Below are positions 55,467 through 64,000 of a DNA stretch of 64,000 bases, piece after piece. Made by a program: the position numbers and the translations under genes. The stretch covers positions 4,080 to 68,079 of the IMG/VR virus record IMGVR_UViG_3300009082_000021; one strand, 5' to 3'. This DNA comes from a virus. Each line of letters starts with the position of its first letter. Within the stretch, counting starts at the first letter, position 1. Under the pieces are notes generated by a model, which was not told where the DNA came from, searched no databases, and saw only the letters and a program-made list of their open reading frames with translations.

Positions 55467-56306
55467 CTACTGCTCCCACTCCACCGGAATGCCGGACTCT
55501 TCGCAGATCTGGAGGGCGCGGAGCTCGAGCGCCTGGTCGAGAGCCGATGCCTGCTTCTCCTGAGTCTGGACCAAGAGGTTGCCCTGCTCGTCCACGTACC
55601 CGGCCTGCTTCGCCATCTCGAACGCCCTCTGCTGGGCGAGGGCTTCGAACGCGGAGCCTTCCTTCGTCGCCTCGGGTTCCTTCTTGCCCTTGACGGCGCT
55701 GTGGACACCCTTGGTTGCGAGCGCGGTCGCCCCGAGAGCTGCGACTGCCCCTTCCGGCGACGACTTGATCGCCCGACCTACCTGCTTCGCCCTGTCCGCG
55801 AGGGAGGTACCTTTGCCAACGGCGCCCTTCAGGTGGCTCACTGCCTCACGCGCGGCTGCCCCACGGCCGCCGGCGAAGTTCTTCAGCTTGTTCACGAGCC
55901 CCAGCCCCTTCTCCGACATCGCCTGCTTCTCGATGTCGCGGAGCTCCTGCACCATGGAGTGCGCCATCACGCGCCCCAGGAAGTCGGCCTCGGCTGCCTT
56001 CTCCTTGGCCTCTTCTTCCTTCTCTTCCTTCTCCTTGGACTCGCCCTTCTCGTGCTCCTGGCCGAACTGGCTGTCCTTCTCCTTGGCCTTGGCCTCTTCC
56101 TTCTTCTCCTCCGCCGGGGTCTCTTCCGCTGACTTGTAGAGGTTGCCGATCATCTCGGCGATCTCATTGTCGTTGAACCGAGCGAGGTCCACACCCTCTT
56201 CCTCCGCGAGCTTCACGAGGAGCTCCGCGGCGGCCATCTTCTCGATGTCGTTCTGCTCGGGCTCGTAGTTGCCGGTGCCGTAGATTGCGGCGAGGTCACG
56301 ATCCAT
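55467..56306 (-). CDS. Prohead core/scaffold protein
   Basis: EKAAEADFLGRVMAHS...ELRDIEKQA. Confidence 0.75.
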   Translation of the reverse strand: MDRDLAAIYGTGNYEPEQNDIEKMAAAELLVKLAEEEGVDLARFNDNEIAEMIGNLYKSAEETPAEEKKEEAKAKEKDSQFGQEHEKGESKEKEEKEEEAKEKAAEADFLGRVMAHSMVQELRDIEKQAMSEKGLGLVNKLKNFAGGRGAAAREAVSHLKGAVGKGTSLADRAKQVGRAIKSSPEGAVAALGATALATKGVHSAVKGKKEPEATKEGSAFEALAQQRAFEMAKQAGYVDEQGNLLVQTQEKQASALDQALELRALQICEESGIPVEWEQ

Positions 56307-56392
56307 TTGAAGATCTCCTTTTCGGTTGCGTTCGTTCTGTTGCCTTCGATGATCCGTTTCTTCGAGGTCTCAGCCCCTCACGCTCACCGAAG

Positions 56393-58393
56393 CTAGACAT
56401 CCGGCTTATCTGCGAAGCCTGCGATGCCTTGGACGATCCTACGGGGGATCGTTGACCCTTGTTGGTGCAATGCTCCCATGCCCGCCAGGAACATGAGCAG
56501 CTTTGGATACTCCGCTGCGAAGTTCGTGATCGGGCCGACTGGCTCTTGTACACCCATCCGAGCTCGTTCCCTCTGCCACCGTGCGTATTCACTGAGAGCG
56601 TAACCACCACCGATTGCACCTAACAACACCGCTGGATTAACCTTTGCGCCAGCGGCGTTTTTCTCGAAACCGGTTGCCAGTCCCTCTCGGAAGACCGTTT
56701 CCCAAAGATCGGAATGGCTGCTCACAATATCTGCTGCTTGCTTCAGGCAGTCAACTGCCCGATCTAGGTAGCCATTATAGGCTGCCGCGATCTTGCATAG
56801 GAAGGGACTTTCTGCTGTCTTCAACTTCTCCACCTTCAAGGTGTTACCCCAAGGCTCCTTGTGCAGCTCTGGAGGCTCACCCTCACCACCGATGGAGGTC
56901 GGGATCATACGACGCTTGGCGATCGGCTCCAACATGCTGCGCCCTTCCAAGAACGGCATCAGGAGTCTCTTGATGATATCGCTGAAATGTTCAGGACCCA
57001 TCGGCACGGTCGTGTCACGTTCCCCAGACTGGGGAATGACCATGCTATCGCGATCCATCTGATCTGCCAGATCTTTACGACCCAAGCTGATGATGGTGAT
57101 GCGCTGGAATTCACGGGGCCGGAGGAGCATGCCCATAGAGGTGGGTGTAGATAGGGCCTCGTGTAGGGGACACTTTCCGAGTTGATCGAGAATCTCGTTT
57201 GGAAGATCGGGAGTTGAATGTTCTGTGGGCACTGCCTTACCGCCAAACTGCGATGGCACGACCTCTTTTGTAATCTCCGCACCCTTGTGATGGGAAGCCT
57301 TTTTTTCCCGCAATCTCGCACGCACCAGGTCCAAACCAGCCTGCTTCTCCTCCGGCATCTCGGACTTGGCCACGCCCTTCCGCGCCATAGTGATTGCACG
57401 GTTGAGACTCATCTTTTCGGGATGGTATCTCTTCCCCGTCGCACGGACTACCTCACGCAGCACTTGCCGAACTGGGACGGCCGCGACTTTCTCGAAATCC
57501 TTCTCGATCTCCGGCTGATACCCTAACTCCTCCGCGAGATGCCATGAAGGCACGACCTCGGAATGATAACCCAGGGTCACGTGAGCTAGCTTCGCCATCA
57601 CCTTTGCGGTCTTGTCGGCTCCGATGAAGACGAAACTGATGTCGAAGAACCTGGGGAAGTCGTTGATCGCGTAGATCTTAGTCCCATCCGACAAGATCTT
57701 GTTGAGCTGAGTCTTGAGGTGCTCGCAATAATCATTCCTCGTGACCGACAATCCACGGATCGGATTCCGGCGATGGAAGACAAGAACAGCCTGCCCCACC
57801 GACTGGTGGAGGGAAGGATCGTAGGTGGACTGGGCATCACGGTATTTCGCCCAGTCTGTACACTTGGAGCAGAGGTCGTAGGGCACCTTGCATCCCATAC
57901 TGACGTCGGGGAAGAGACCGTGATCGAGCTTGTCGCAGATGTCCTGAGCACCGAACTTAGCCGCCAACTCGCGATCTATGCAGACCACGAGCTCGACACG
58001 CTTCATCTCATCATGCCAGGCACTGATCTTCACCTCGCCGAAGGACCGGCTGGGATCTTTGTTGACGTGGTGCTTGTAAGGATGGGCCTGGTAGAAGGTC
58101 TCGTAACCGTAGATTGGGCCACGATGAATCAGCGACCCTTCTGGGAAGTAGTCGCCGTTGATGTTCGATCCCCAGTACTCTCCCGCGCCCAGGGCGTTGA
58201 CCAGGACGTAGATCTTCGAGGGGTCCGGCATGAGATGCTGGAGGAACTGCTGAACCTCCGGCAGCATCGGCTGAGCCGTCTTGCCCATGGCGAAGAAGGC
58301 AGCCGCCTTCTCGATCTCACCAGGTCGGAAGACCTCGACTAGACGCTCACCCTGATCGCGCCGAGCGCGAAACTGGCAGACCTTGATGATCAT
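56393..58393 (-). CDS. Prohead maturation protease
   Basis: N.NGDYF, YKHHVN, DVSMGCKVPYDLCSKC, FFDISFV..GAD. Confidence 0.7.
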   Translation of the reverse strand: MIIKVCQFRARRDQGERLVEVFRPGEIEKAAAFFAMGKTAQPMLPEVQQFLQHLMPDPSKIYVLVNALGAGEYWGSNINGDYFPEGSLIHRGPIYGYETFYQAHPYKHHVNKDPSRSFGEVKISAWHDEMKRVELVVCIDRELAAKFGAQDICDKLDHGLFPDVSMGCKVPYDLCSKCTDWAKYRDAQSTYDPSLHQSVGQAVLVFHRRNPIRGLSVTRNDYCEHLKTQLNKILSDGTKIYAINDFPRFFDISFVFIGADKTAKVMAKLAHVTLGYHSEVVPSWHLAEELGYQPEIEKDFEKVAAVPVRQVLREVVRATGKRYHPEKMSLNRAITMARKGVAKSEMPEEKQAGLDLVRARLREKKASHHKGAEITKEVVPSQFGGKAVPTEHSTPDLPNEILDQLGKCPLHEALSTPTSMGMLLRPREFQRITIISLGRKDLADQMDRDSMVIPQSGERDTTVPMGPEHFSDIIKRLLMPFLEGRSMLEPIAKRRMIPTSIGGEGEPPELHKEPWGNTLKVEKLKTAESPFLCKIAAAYNGYLDRAVDCLKQAADIVSSHSDLWETVFREGLATGFEKNAAGAKVNPAVLLGAIGGGYALSEYARWQRERARMGVQEPVGPITNFAAEYPKLLMFLAGMGALHQQGSTIPRRIVQGIAGFADKPDV

Positions 58394-59053
58394 CTACGCG
58401 TACTCTTTTTCAGTACGTCCAAGTTCTTCCCCGCCCGGCCCAAAACGACGTTCGCCGATCAGACGTGGCTGGGGAGACTGGACCTGCGCCGGTGCCAGTG
58501 CGGGCAGGGGGGAGAACTTCATCGAATCCAGGAATGGATGGCTCCCTCGAGCTTGAGACAGATTCCTCGTGGTCTCGCTCAACAGCTTCGACGTCTCGAT
58601 CGGGATCATGGGTCCACCCTCGGGGGCCCGTTCCATCATCTGGTGAACGAAAGAGCCCGCGATGAGCGGATCCTTAGCCATGTCCGGTGACATGGCACGA
58701 AGGGAGTTGTAGAGGGACTGGATATGCCCAGCGTCCTCTTTGTGCAGGCGAGGATTGGCCTCCATCATCTGCTTGAAGTCACGCGCTTTCGCGAATCGTT
58801 CTCGGATGGCGCCGACTCCTTTGCCAGCTCCCGCGAAAGCAGCGCCCAGGAGTCCTGTGCCGATGGCCCCCGGCAGGATCGAGCCCGTTCCTCGAGCTAT
58901 GACCTGCCCCAGACTTTGAGCTGCCTCCGACGTGGGCGGATGTTGCTGTAATCCTTCGGAGAAGGCGTGCCAGAGGTTCCCCAAGAAACCCGCTTCCTTT
59001 GTCTTAGGGGCCTCCTGAAGAGCAAGAAACTCCTCGACTGGATTTTTCGACAT
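58394..59053 (-). CDS. Virion protein
   Basis: Start MSKNPV; SPDMAKDPLIAGSFV. Confidence 0.7.
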   Translation of the reverse strand: MSKNPVEEFLALQEAPKTKEAGFLGNLWHAFSEGLQQHPPTSEAAQSLGQVIARGTGSILPGAIGTGLLGAAFAGAGKGVGAIRERFAKARDFKQMMEANPRLHKEDAGHIQSLYNSLRAMSPDMAKDPLIAGSFVHQMMERAPEGGPMIPIETSKLLSETTRNLSQARGSHPFLDSMKFSPLPALAPAQVQSPQPRLIGERRFGPGGEELGRTEKEYA

Positions 59054-59055
59054 GG

Positions 59056-59346
59056 CTAGTACCCGTAACCTTGCTGGGCCTGGCGGAGAGCCCTCTCGTA
59101 CTTCCACTGCTGGTACTTGTTCTTCAGGGCCTGCCCCGTCTGAGTCTGAAGGGCCTTGTGGATGCCGTAAGCGCCCGCCGCAGCCGGAAAAAGGCCAACC
59201 GCTGTCCCCGCAATCGGGTGACCTGCTTCCGCCAGTTCCTTACCGGCCTTGCGAGCTGTCTGGTGCAAGGCTCTGAGAACTCCTACCTTCTCCGCGATCT
59301 TCTCCCGGCTCAGGAGTGCCATCGCTAGGGCAAGCTTCGGTGTCAT
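59056..59346 (-). CDS. Small virion protein
   Basis: ATGA overlap; EKIA motif. Confidence 0.7.
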   Translation of the reverse strand: MTPKLALAMALLSREKIAEKVGVLRALHQTARKAGKELAEAGHPIAGTAVGLFPAAAGAYGIHKALQTQTGQALKNKYQQWKYERALRQAQQGYGY

Positions 59347-60284
59347 GCCATCGCCTCCAGCCTGCGATTCACATCGTGGAGCTGGTCATTGACGATCTCG
59401 ATCGCCTTCTCCAGTTTGGCGTGCTCGTGGGAGATTTTCGTGAGGGCGATGAAGCGATCGACGACTGGATGGTTGGTGTTGGGAATCCTCTGGCCAGCCA
59501 GCTTGGCGATCGGGGTGAAGGACAAGCTGGCTTCCTTCGTCATCCCACTCGCCTTCAGATGCCCGGAGACCATCAGCATGGCCTCCTTCCACATCTGGGT
59601 CGGGGCGTAGCCATGCCAGGCCTTTCCGATGTCCTCCAGAGCCGTCCCGGCCAGAACTTCCCGGCGAACGGACTCGCAGAGGTCGTGGCGGACGTCGTGG
59701 AGGAGCACGCCGGAGGAAGCGTACTTGCTCCTCAGGTCGTCCCGGACACCTTCCAGACGTACGCGAAGGTCTGCGATCTCCTCCCCCGGGTTCGCCCGGA
59801 TGGCGTGATCGAGCTGGGCGGTCTTTTCCATCTCCGACTTGATGCCGAATGCCTCGGCCAGGATCGAATCGGAGGCCATCGCGGTCTTGTAGTGACCGAT
59901 GGGCGGCTGGTATCCGGCGGTCTTGACCTGCCTGGGCGGGGGGGAGGAACCATCGTTGAGATCTTGGAGGACGGCGGCTGGGTTGGCTGGCCCACCATCG
60001 AAGGTCACGTTCCTGACCTCACCGCCCTTCTCGAACTCCATGAGGTAAGCAGCGGTGTTGGCGAACTCGCACACGCGCTTCACCTGCTCGGGAGCCAGCC
60101 GGGCTTCCTTCACGATCTCCACCACCGCCTCGTTCAACGGCGTACGCTGTTCTGCGTAGAGAGCCGCTGCCCTCTTCCCCATCACCTCGAGCTGTTCTGG
60201 ATCGACGTTCTTAGCGGCCTGCTGCTGGGCAAGACCGAGAGGAATGGCACCGGCCTGATCGCTCATCGTGTCACCTTTGGTCAA
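59343..60284 (-). CDS. Head assembly protein
   Basis: LNEAV...L.PEQVKRVCEFANT motif; K-x-A motifs. Confidence 0.7.
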   Translation of the reverse strand: MTKGDTMSDQAGAIPLGLAQQQAAKNVDPEQLEVMGKRAAALYAEQRTPLNEAVVEIVKEARLAPEQVKRVCEFANTAAYLMEFEKGGEVRNVTFDGGPANPAAVLQDLNDGSSPPPRQVKTAGYQPPIGHYKTAMASDSILAEAFGIKSEMEKTAQLDHAIRANPGEEIADLRVRLEGVRDDLRSKYASSGVLLHDVRHDLCESVRREVLAGTALEDIGKAWHGYAPTQMWKEAMLMVSGHLKASGMTKEASLSFTPIAKLAGQRIPNTNHPVVDRFIALTKISHEHAKLEKAIEIVNDQLHDVNRRLEAMA

Positions 60285-60387
60285 TCATAGGTTCGTGATT
60301 CCCGTTCTGTCAATCACGGCGGGCTTGTACACCGTGTGCGCGGTCTCTAGTATAGGTAGCATGCACCCCAGGGAGATGGGAAGTCCA

Positions 60388-60882
60388 ATGGAAGATGAGT
60401 TCAGGATCAGGAAACTGGAAGCACGACTAGCGAATGCGGAGAAGCAGATTCAGTTCCTCCTCCACATCAACGGTCTTGACCTCTCCGCCATGCGAGATGC
60501 GCCGGATGAGGAGCTTCTGAAGTACTACCGGGACGCTGTGACCCTCCTAGGACTACGAAAGGAGCAACTCGCGCCGGACGTGATATCGGTCTGGGGCGAG
60601 CTCTTCCTCCAGCTCTCCGAATACGAGATGGTGCGCCTCCAGGAGCTGGTTGGGTGTGATCATACCTGGGAGCCGTTCTATCTCCTAGTCGTCCGGATGA
60701 TGACCTCCGTCCGCCAGCGGAAGAACTTCGCCAAGACTCCCGTCCTCAAGAACCTCTATGCGCTCCTTGATCGTGGCCGGAAGAACATCCGCGACTCCGC
60801 GATGATCATGATCCAAAATCACCCCCAGAATGTCCCCCAGGCTGCAAAAGCCCTCCTAAATGATCGTTCCATTGCTGTTTAG
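60388..60882 (+). CDS. Hypothetical protein antisense to the morphogenesis operon
   Basis: ORF with phage-like codon use. Confidence 0.7.
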   Translation: MEDEFRIRKLEARLANAEKQIQFLLHINGLDLSAMRDAPDEELLKYYRDAVTLLGLRKEQLAPDVISVWGELFLQLSEYEMVRLQELVGCDHTWEPFYLLVVRMMTSVRQRKNFAKTPVLKNLYALLDRGRKNIRDSAMIMIQNHPQNVPQAAKALLNDRSIAV

Positions 60883-60913
60883 CCCTCCAGACTGAAAATC
60901 CAGGGGGTTTCCT

Positions 60914-60921
60914 GGCATAAG
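60914..60921 (+). promoter_or_regulatory. Phage promoter motif GGCATAAG
   Basis: Upstream of 60979. Confidence 0.6.
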
Positions 60922-60978
60922 ACCTTTGAAGACGAGAATGCCAACTTGTCCTCGTAAACCCTTGCAAGGAGATCGAAA

Positions 60979-61191
60979 ATGGCAGACCCGAAGGTCAAGG
61001 CCGAAGCCCTGGCCGGTGAGCTCACCAACACCGGCGAGCCCTCCGCTCCCCTCCTCACCCCCGGCCGGACCGGCTTCATCGCCGGGCTCGGCACCGCCGG
61101 GCTCGGCTACCTGGTCTACAGAGGAATCAGGTGGCTGGCGACGCCCCGCGTTGTCGCCGAGGCGTTCTCCCGGGCGATCGGCATCCGCTAG
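60979..61191 (+). CDS. Small membrane protein (moron-like)
   Basis: Own promoter, SD AAGGAG, single TM, hairpin after it. Confidence 0.7.
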   Translation: MADPKVKAEALAGELTNTGEPSAPLLTPGRTGFIAGLGTAGLGYLVYRGIRWLATPRVVAEAFSRAIGIR

Positions 61192-61228
61192 TCCCTCCCT
61201 CCCGAAGCGCCCCGCCAGGCGCTTCTCT

Positions 61229-64000
61229 TTACCCCTGATACACGGGCACCCCAGACTCTCTCATCGGACGGATGATGTCGGGGCGTGGCTGTTGGATCAT
61301 TGACGCCAGAAGACAGTACAGAATCGAGTGGAAGGCGTCGTCCGTCTTCCCATGAGCGTGCTTGAACTCCTCCATCCTCAGCCGGTTGTTGTACTCGCTG
61401 AAGATGTTGAGGATGTCCTGACCGTAGGGATCAAAGAACTCCTCCCAGTTCGGCAGGTCCACCAGCTTCTTCTTGAACGCCGTGAAGAGGTCGCTCATCA
61501 CCTCTGATCGATGGCACATGTAGCGAAGGAGGTTCTGCTCCCAGTAGATCTTCTTCCTCTGCCGCGGGTTGTACTGGTACTTGATGACCTTGTTGGGTCC
61601 GAACCGCTGGATGAGGATCTTGTTGTTGTGGAAGCCCCCACCGTAGTCCACGCCCACGAGCTGAACGTGAAGCTGAGTGATCATCTGGGAGATGAGGTCG
61701 AGCTGTCTGTCCGGCTCAAGATCTGGCCCGGTGAAACGGTGCACCCAGAAGATGGTGAAGTTCCCGCCACCAAGATAGCCGCCGAAGCTGATCACGGTGT
61801 AGGTGTTCTCGCCCGTGTTGCCCTGATAGGCGATCGATCCATTCCGTTCCGTCACGATGTAGCCGGAAGGGACCTTGCAACAGTAGACCTTGCCATTGTA
61901 AGGAACACGCTCTACTCGATCTTTGAGAGCATTGAACTGGAAGTCCCGACCGCTGGACCAGAGAGCCCTCCATCGGGTCTTCCGGTTTCCAATAGCTTCC
62001 TTGTGGAGGCGAACCACGCAGCGTAGTCCCAGTCGGATGCAGAGTTCCTGGAAGTCCTCGCAAAGACCCCTTGAAGTGGAATAATAAGCGCCGTTATTGC
62101 AGTCCTCTCTCGGATCAATGTACCCATCACCCAATGTCATGGCATCAAAGAGAATCTGAAGTTGTCGTTTGGAGAGTCCCAGCACCCAACGTGGCAGGCG
62201 TTTAGTATCGCCCGTCCTTCCCACATTGAAATAGAACCAGTGCCAGAATTGCTTCCCTTTGATCGTCCAATTCAGATCACCCGTCTCTTCGTTTGGGAAC
62301 TCGGTGAAGGGGATTCCTAATCTTTCCATGCATTCCTTAATCCGAAGCGACTTGATTGGGGCAGCATCCTCGCGCTGAGACATCTTCAGGGAATAGGGAA
62401 ACATGACAGTCGGGTCGGCTTTGCTGGGACGGAGGCAGACCCCACCTTCGGACACCACGTATCCAAGGAACTCCAGCCAATCATCCATCCTGAAGGTGCG
62501 ATGATCACACCCCACATATCCGGGGCTCTTCGGTAAAGCTGGCAACTGGAATAGTTCTTCCTCCCGGCCATGCCAGTCCACGTGACCAACGAACTTGACT
62601 ACACTTCTTTCGGCAGTTTCTTCCGCCGTCTCCGTTGTCCATCGCGTGGCGTTTGGGCCAAGTACACGCATACGGTGGACATGATTCAGCATCATGTCCA
62701 AGCCCCGTGCTTTGAAATGCAGGAGTGGTTGATCCCAGTCCCGAACGGTTCTTTCTAGGGGCCGAACTAGCATCATCTCCCGGGTCTCAGGATCCCATTG
62801 GGCCACCAGATCATCGTCGGTGAGGTCACGGAAGTAGACGAAGCCACGCTGGGTGAGGATGCGGGTTTCCTCATCATGGCAACCCCAGTCAATCCCAGCG
62901 TACACGCGACGGCCTTGGGCGAGCTCCTTGAACTGCTCGATGTCACCCATCCGGATGTGAGACTTGCAGCAAGACTGAAGTTGAGCCCTGGTGATCGGGC
63001 GGACACCAGAGTCATAGGACATCCCCAGCTTCTCGTTCATGAACTGGGCACGAGGATAATGCTCCTGCGCCTCCAGAACCTCCTGCCAATCAACCCAGGG
63101 GACCATGAGTTGAGGGATTCGATAACCCTCGAAGGCCACCTTGTTCTCATTCGAGGGCGTTCGGGGGTTCATGCTAGCCCACTTGGCCTGTGGATGGGCA
63201 GCACTGATCAGCTCTCCGCACTTGTCACAGACCAATCCTTGCTTGCCGATGTTCTTCTCCCCCAGCACATTCCAGTGCCACGAGCTGGGGTTGTTCGGCG
63301 TCCCGTGCCGCTCGCAGGGGACCACCCACTCATTCTGGGTGGAGAACTCCTGCCAGTAGTGTTCGATCGTGTTGTCCTCCGACTTCGGCGTGCCGGAGTA
63401 GAGGAACAACTTGTAGCTGGAGTGGAAGGCGCACTGCTCGATGATCGGGATGTTGTCCACCAGGATGTCCTGGAGCTCATCGATGCAGACCAGGTCGGCT
63501 GGGATGCCTCGGACTCGGTCGGCGGTGAGGTAAGCGTACCGCAGACGGATTTGGGAGAAGTTGATGAACTTCTTAAAGAACACGGCCTGGCTGATCTTCG
63601 TGGTGGTGTACGCCTTGAGGAGTGGAGAAGACTCCACCACGTCCTTGATGCGGTCCACCGAGAAGACCTTAGCCTGCTCCGCGGAAGGGGCGACGTAGAG
63701 AGAACGGAAGTTGTTGGTCAGCGCGGAGTAACAGAGCAGCCTGTTCCCCAACGTCGTGCTCTTCTCCACCTGCCGTCCGCACTTCAGAAGCACCTTGTCC
63801 GAGGCGGTATCGTAGATCCTACGGAGATACTCTCTGCCTTCGAAGGAGAACTGACTGACTCGGCCAGCTTCTGGGACCTGGATAGCTGTCTCAGCAAACT
63901 GGGAAGGGGAGACGTCGTAGATCAACAGCTCAGGGTTGAGGGCCAGCAGGTCTTCAGGAGTTGGATCTGGCGGCTCCTCATCGAACCCGAAGTCGGTGGG
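61229..64000 (-). CDS. terL: Terminase large subunit (gpA-like) with intein; 5' end lies beyond the window
   Basis: KCGRQVEKST, CIDELQD, SGTP, YAGIDWG nuclease motif, DDAFHS; frame open to 64000. Confidence 0.9.
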   Translation of the reverse strand, partial: PTDFGFDEEPPDPTPEDLLALNPELLIYDVSPSQFAETAIQVPEAGRVSQFSFEGREYLRRIYDTASDKVLLKCGRQVEKSTTLGNRLLCYSALTNNFRSLYVAPSAEQAKVFSVDRIKDVVESSPLLKAYTTTKISQAVFFKKFINFSQIRLRYAYLTADRVRGIPADLVCIDELQDILVDNIPIIEQCAFHSSYKLFLYSGTPKSEDNTIEHYWQEFSTQNEWVVPCERHGTPNNPSSWHWNVLGEKNIGKQGLVCDKCGELISAAHPQAKWASMNPRTPSNENKVAFEGYRIPQLMVPWVDWQEVLEAQEHYPRAQFMNEKLGMSYDSGVRPITRAQLQSCCKSHIRMGDIEQFKELAQGRRVYAGIDWGCHDEETRILTQRGFVYFRDLTDDDLVAQWDPETREMMLVRPLERTVRDWDQPLLHFKARGLDMMLNHVHRMRVLGPNATRWTTETAEETAERSVVKFVGHVDWHGREEELFQLPALPKSPGYVGCDHRTFRMDDWLEFLGYVVSEGGVCLRPSKADPTVMFPYSLKMSQREDAAPIKSLRIKECMERLGIPFTEFPNEETGDLNWTIKGKQFWHWFYFNVGRTGDTKRLPRWVLGLSKRQLQILFDAMTLGDGYIDPREDCNNGAYYSTSRGLCEDFQELCIRLGLRCVVRLHKEAIGNRKTRWRALWSSGRDFQFNALKDRVERVPYNGKVYCCKVPSGYIVTERNGSIAYQGNTGENTYTVISFGGYLGGGNFTIFWVHRFTGPDLEPDRQLDLISQMITQLHVQLVGVDYGGGFHNNKILIQRFGPNKVIKYQYNPRQRKKIYWEQNLLRYMCHRSEVMSDLFTAFKKKLVDLPNWEEFFDPYGQDILNIFSEYNNRLRMEEFKHAHGKTDDAFHSILYCLLASMIQQPRPDIIRPMRESGVPVYQG
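61817..62881 (-). mobile_element. LAGLIDADG intein (355 aa) in the terminase
   Basis: GIDWG|CHDEETRILTQRG...ERNGSIAYQGN|T; FLGYVVSEG and LFDAMTLGDG. Confidence 0.92.

Noticed and set aside
1-64000. Stop-codon recoding
   Set aside because: The standard code gives tightly packed genes using TAG, TGA and TAA, and no suppressor tRNA is seen

Overview
The window is a GC-rich fragment of a large, probably jumbo, myovirus-like phage genome read in the standard code. From left to right it holds five regions. (1) A minus-strand tRNA array of 9 tRNAs plus a remnant, with an HNH endonuclease and a lipoprotein, preceded by a candidate leader-peptide attenuator. (2) Nucleotide-metabolism and hypothetical genes. 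(3) A long plus-strand early region of small ORFs driven by a repeated GG(C/T/G)ATAAG promoter motif; it includes an SF2 helicase, MazG-like NTP-PPase, dCMP deaminase, DHH phosphoesterase and a ThyX-like protein. (4) At 26.8-29.5 kb, a lone wHTH + RAMP/Cas7-like gene between G-rich non-coding units punctuated by a conserved, covarying RNA-structure repeat. This is the best candidate for a non-CRISPR RNA-guided system. (5) A minus-strand morphogenesis operon: intein-containing terminase, prohead protease, scaffold and internal proteins full of K-x-A motifs, major capsid, neck, sheath and tube. All calls come from reading motifs by eye; no database searches were run.
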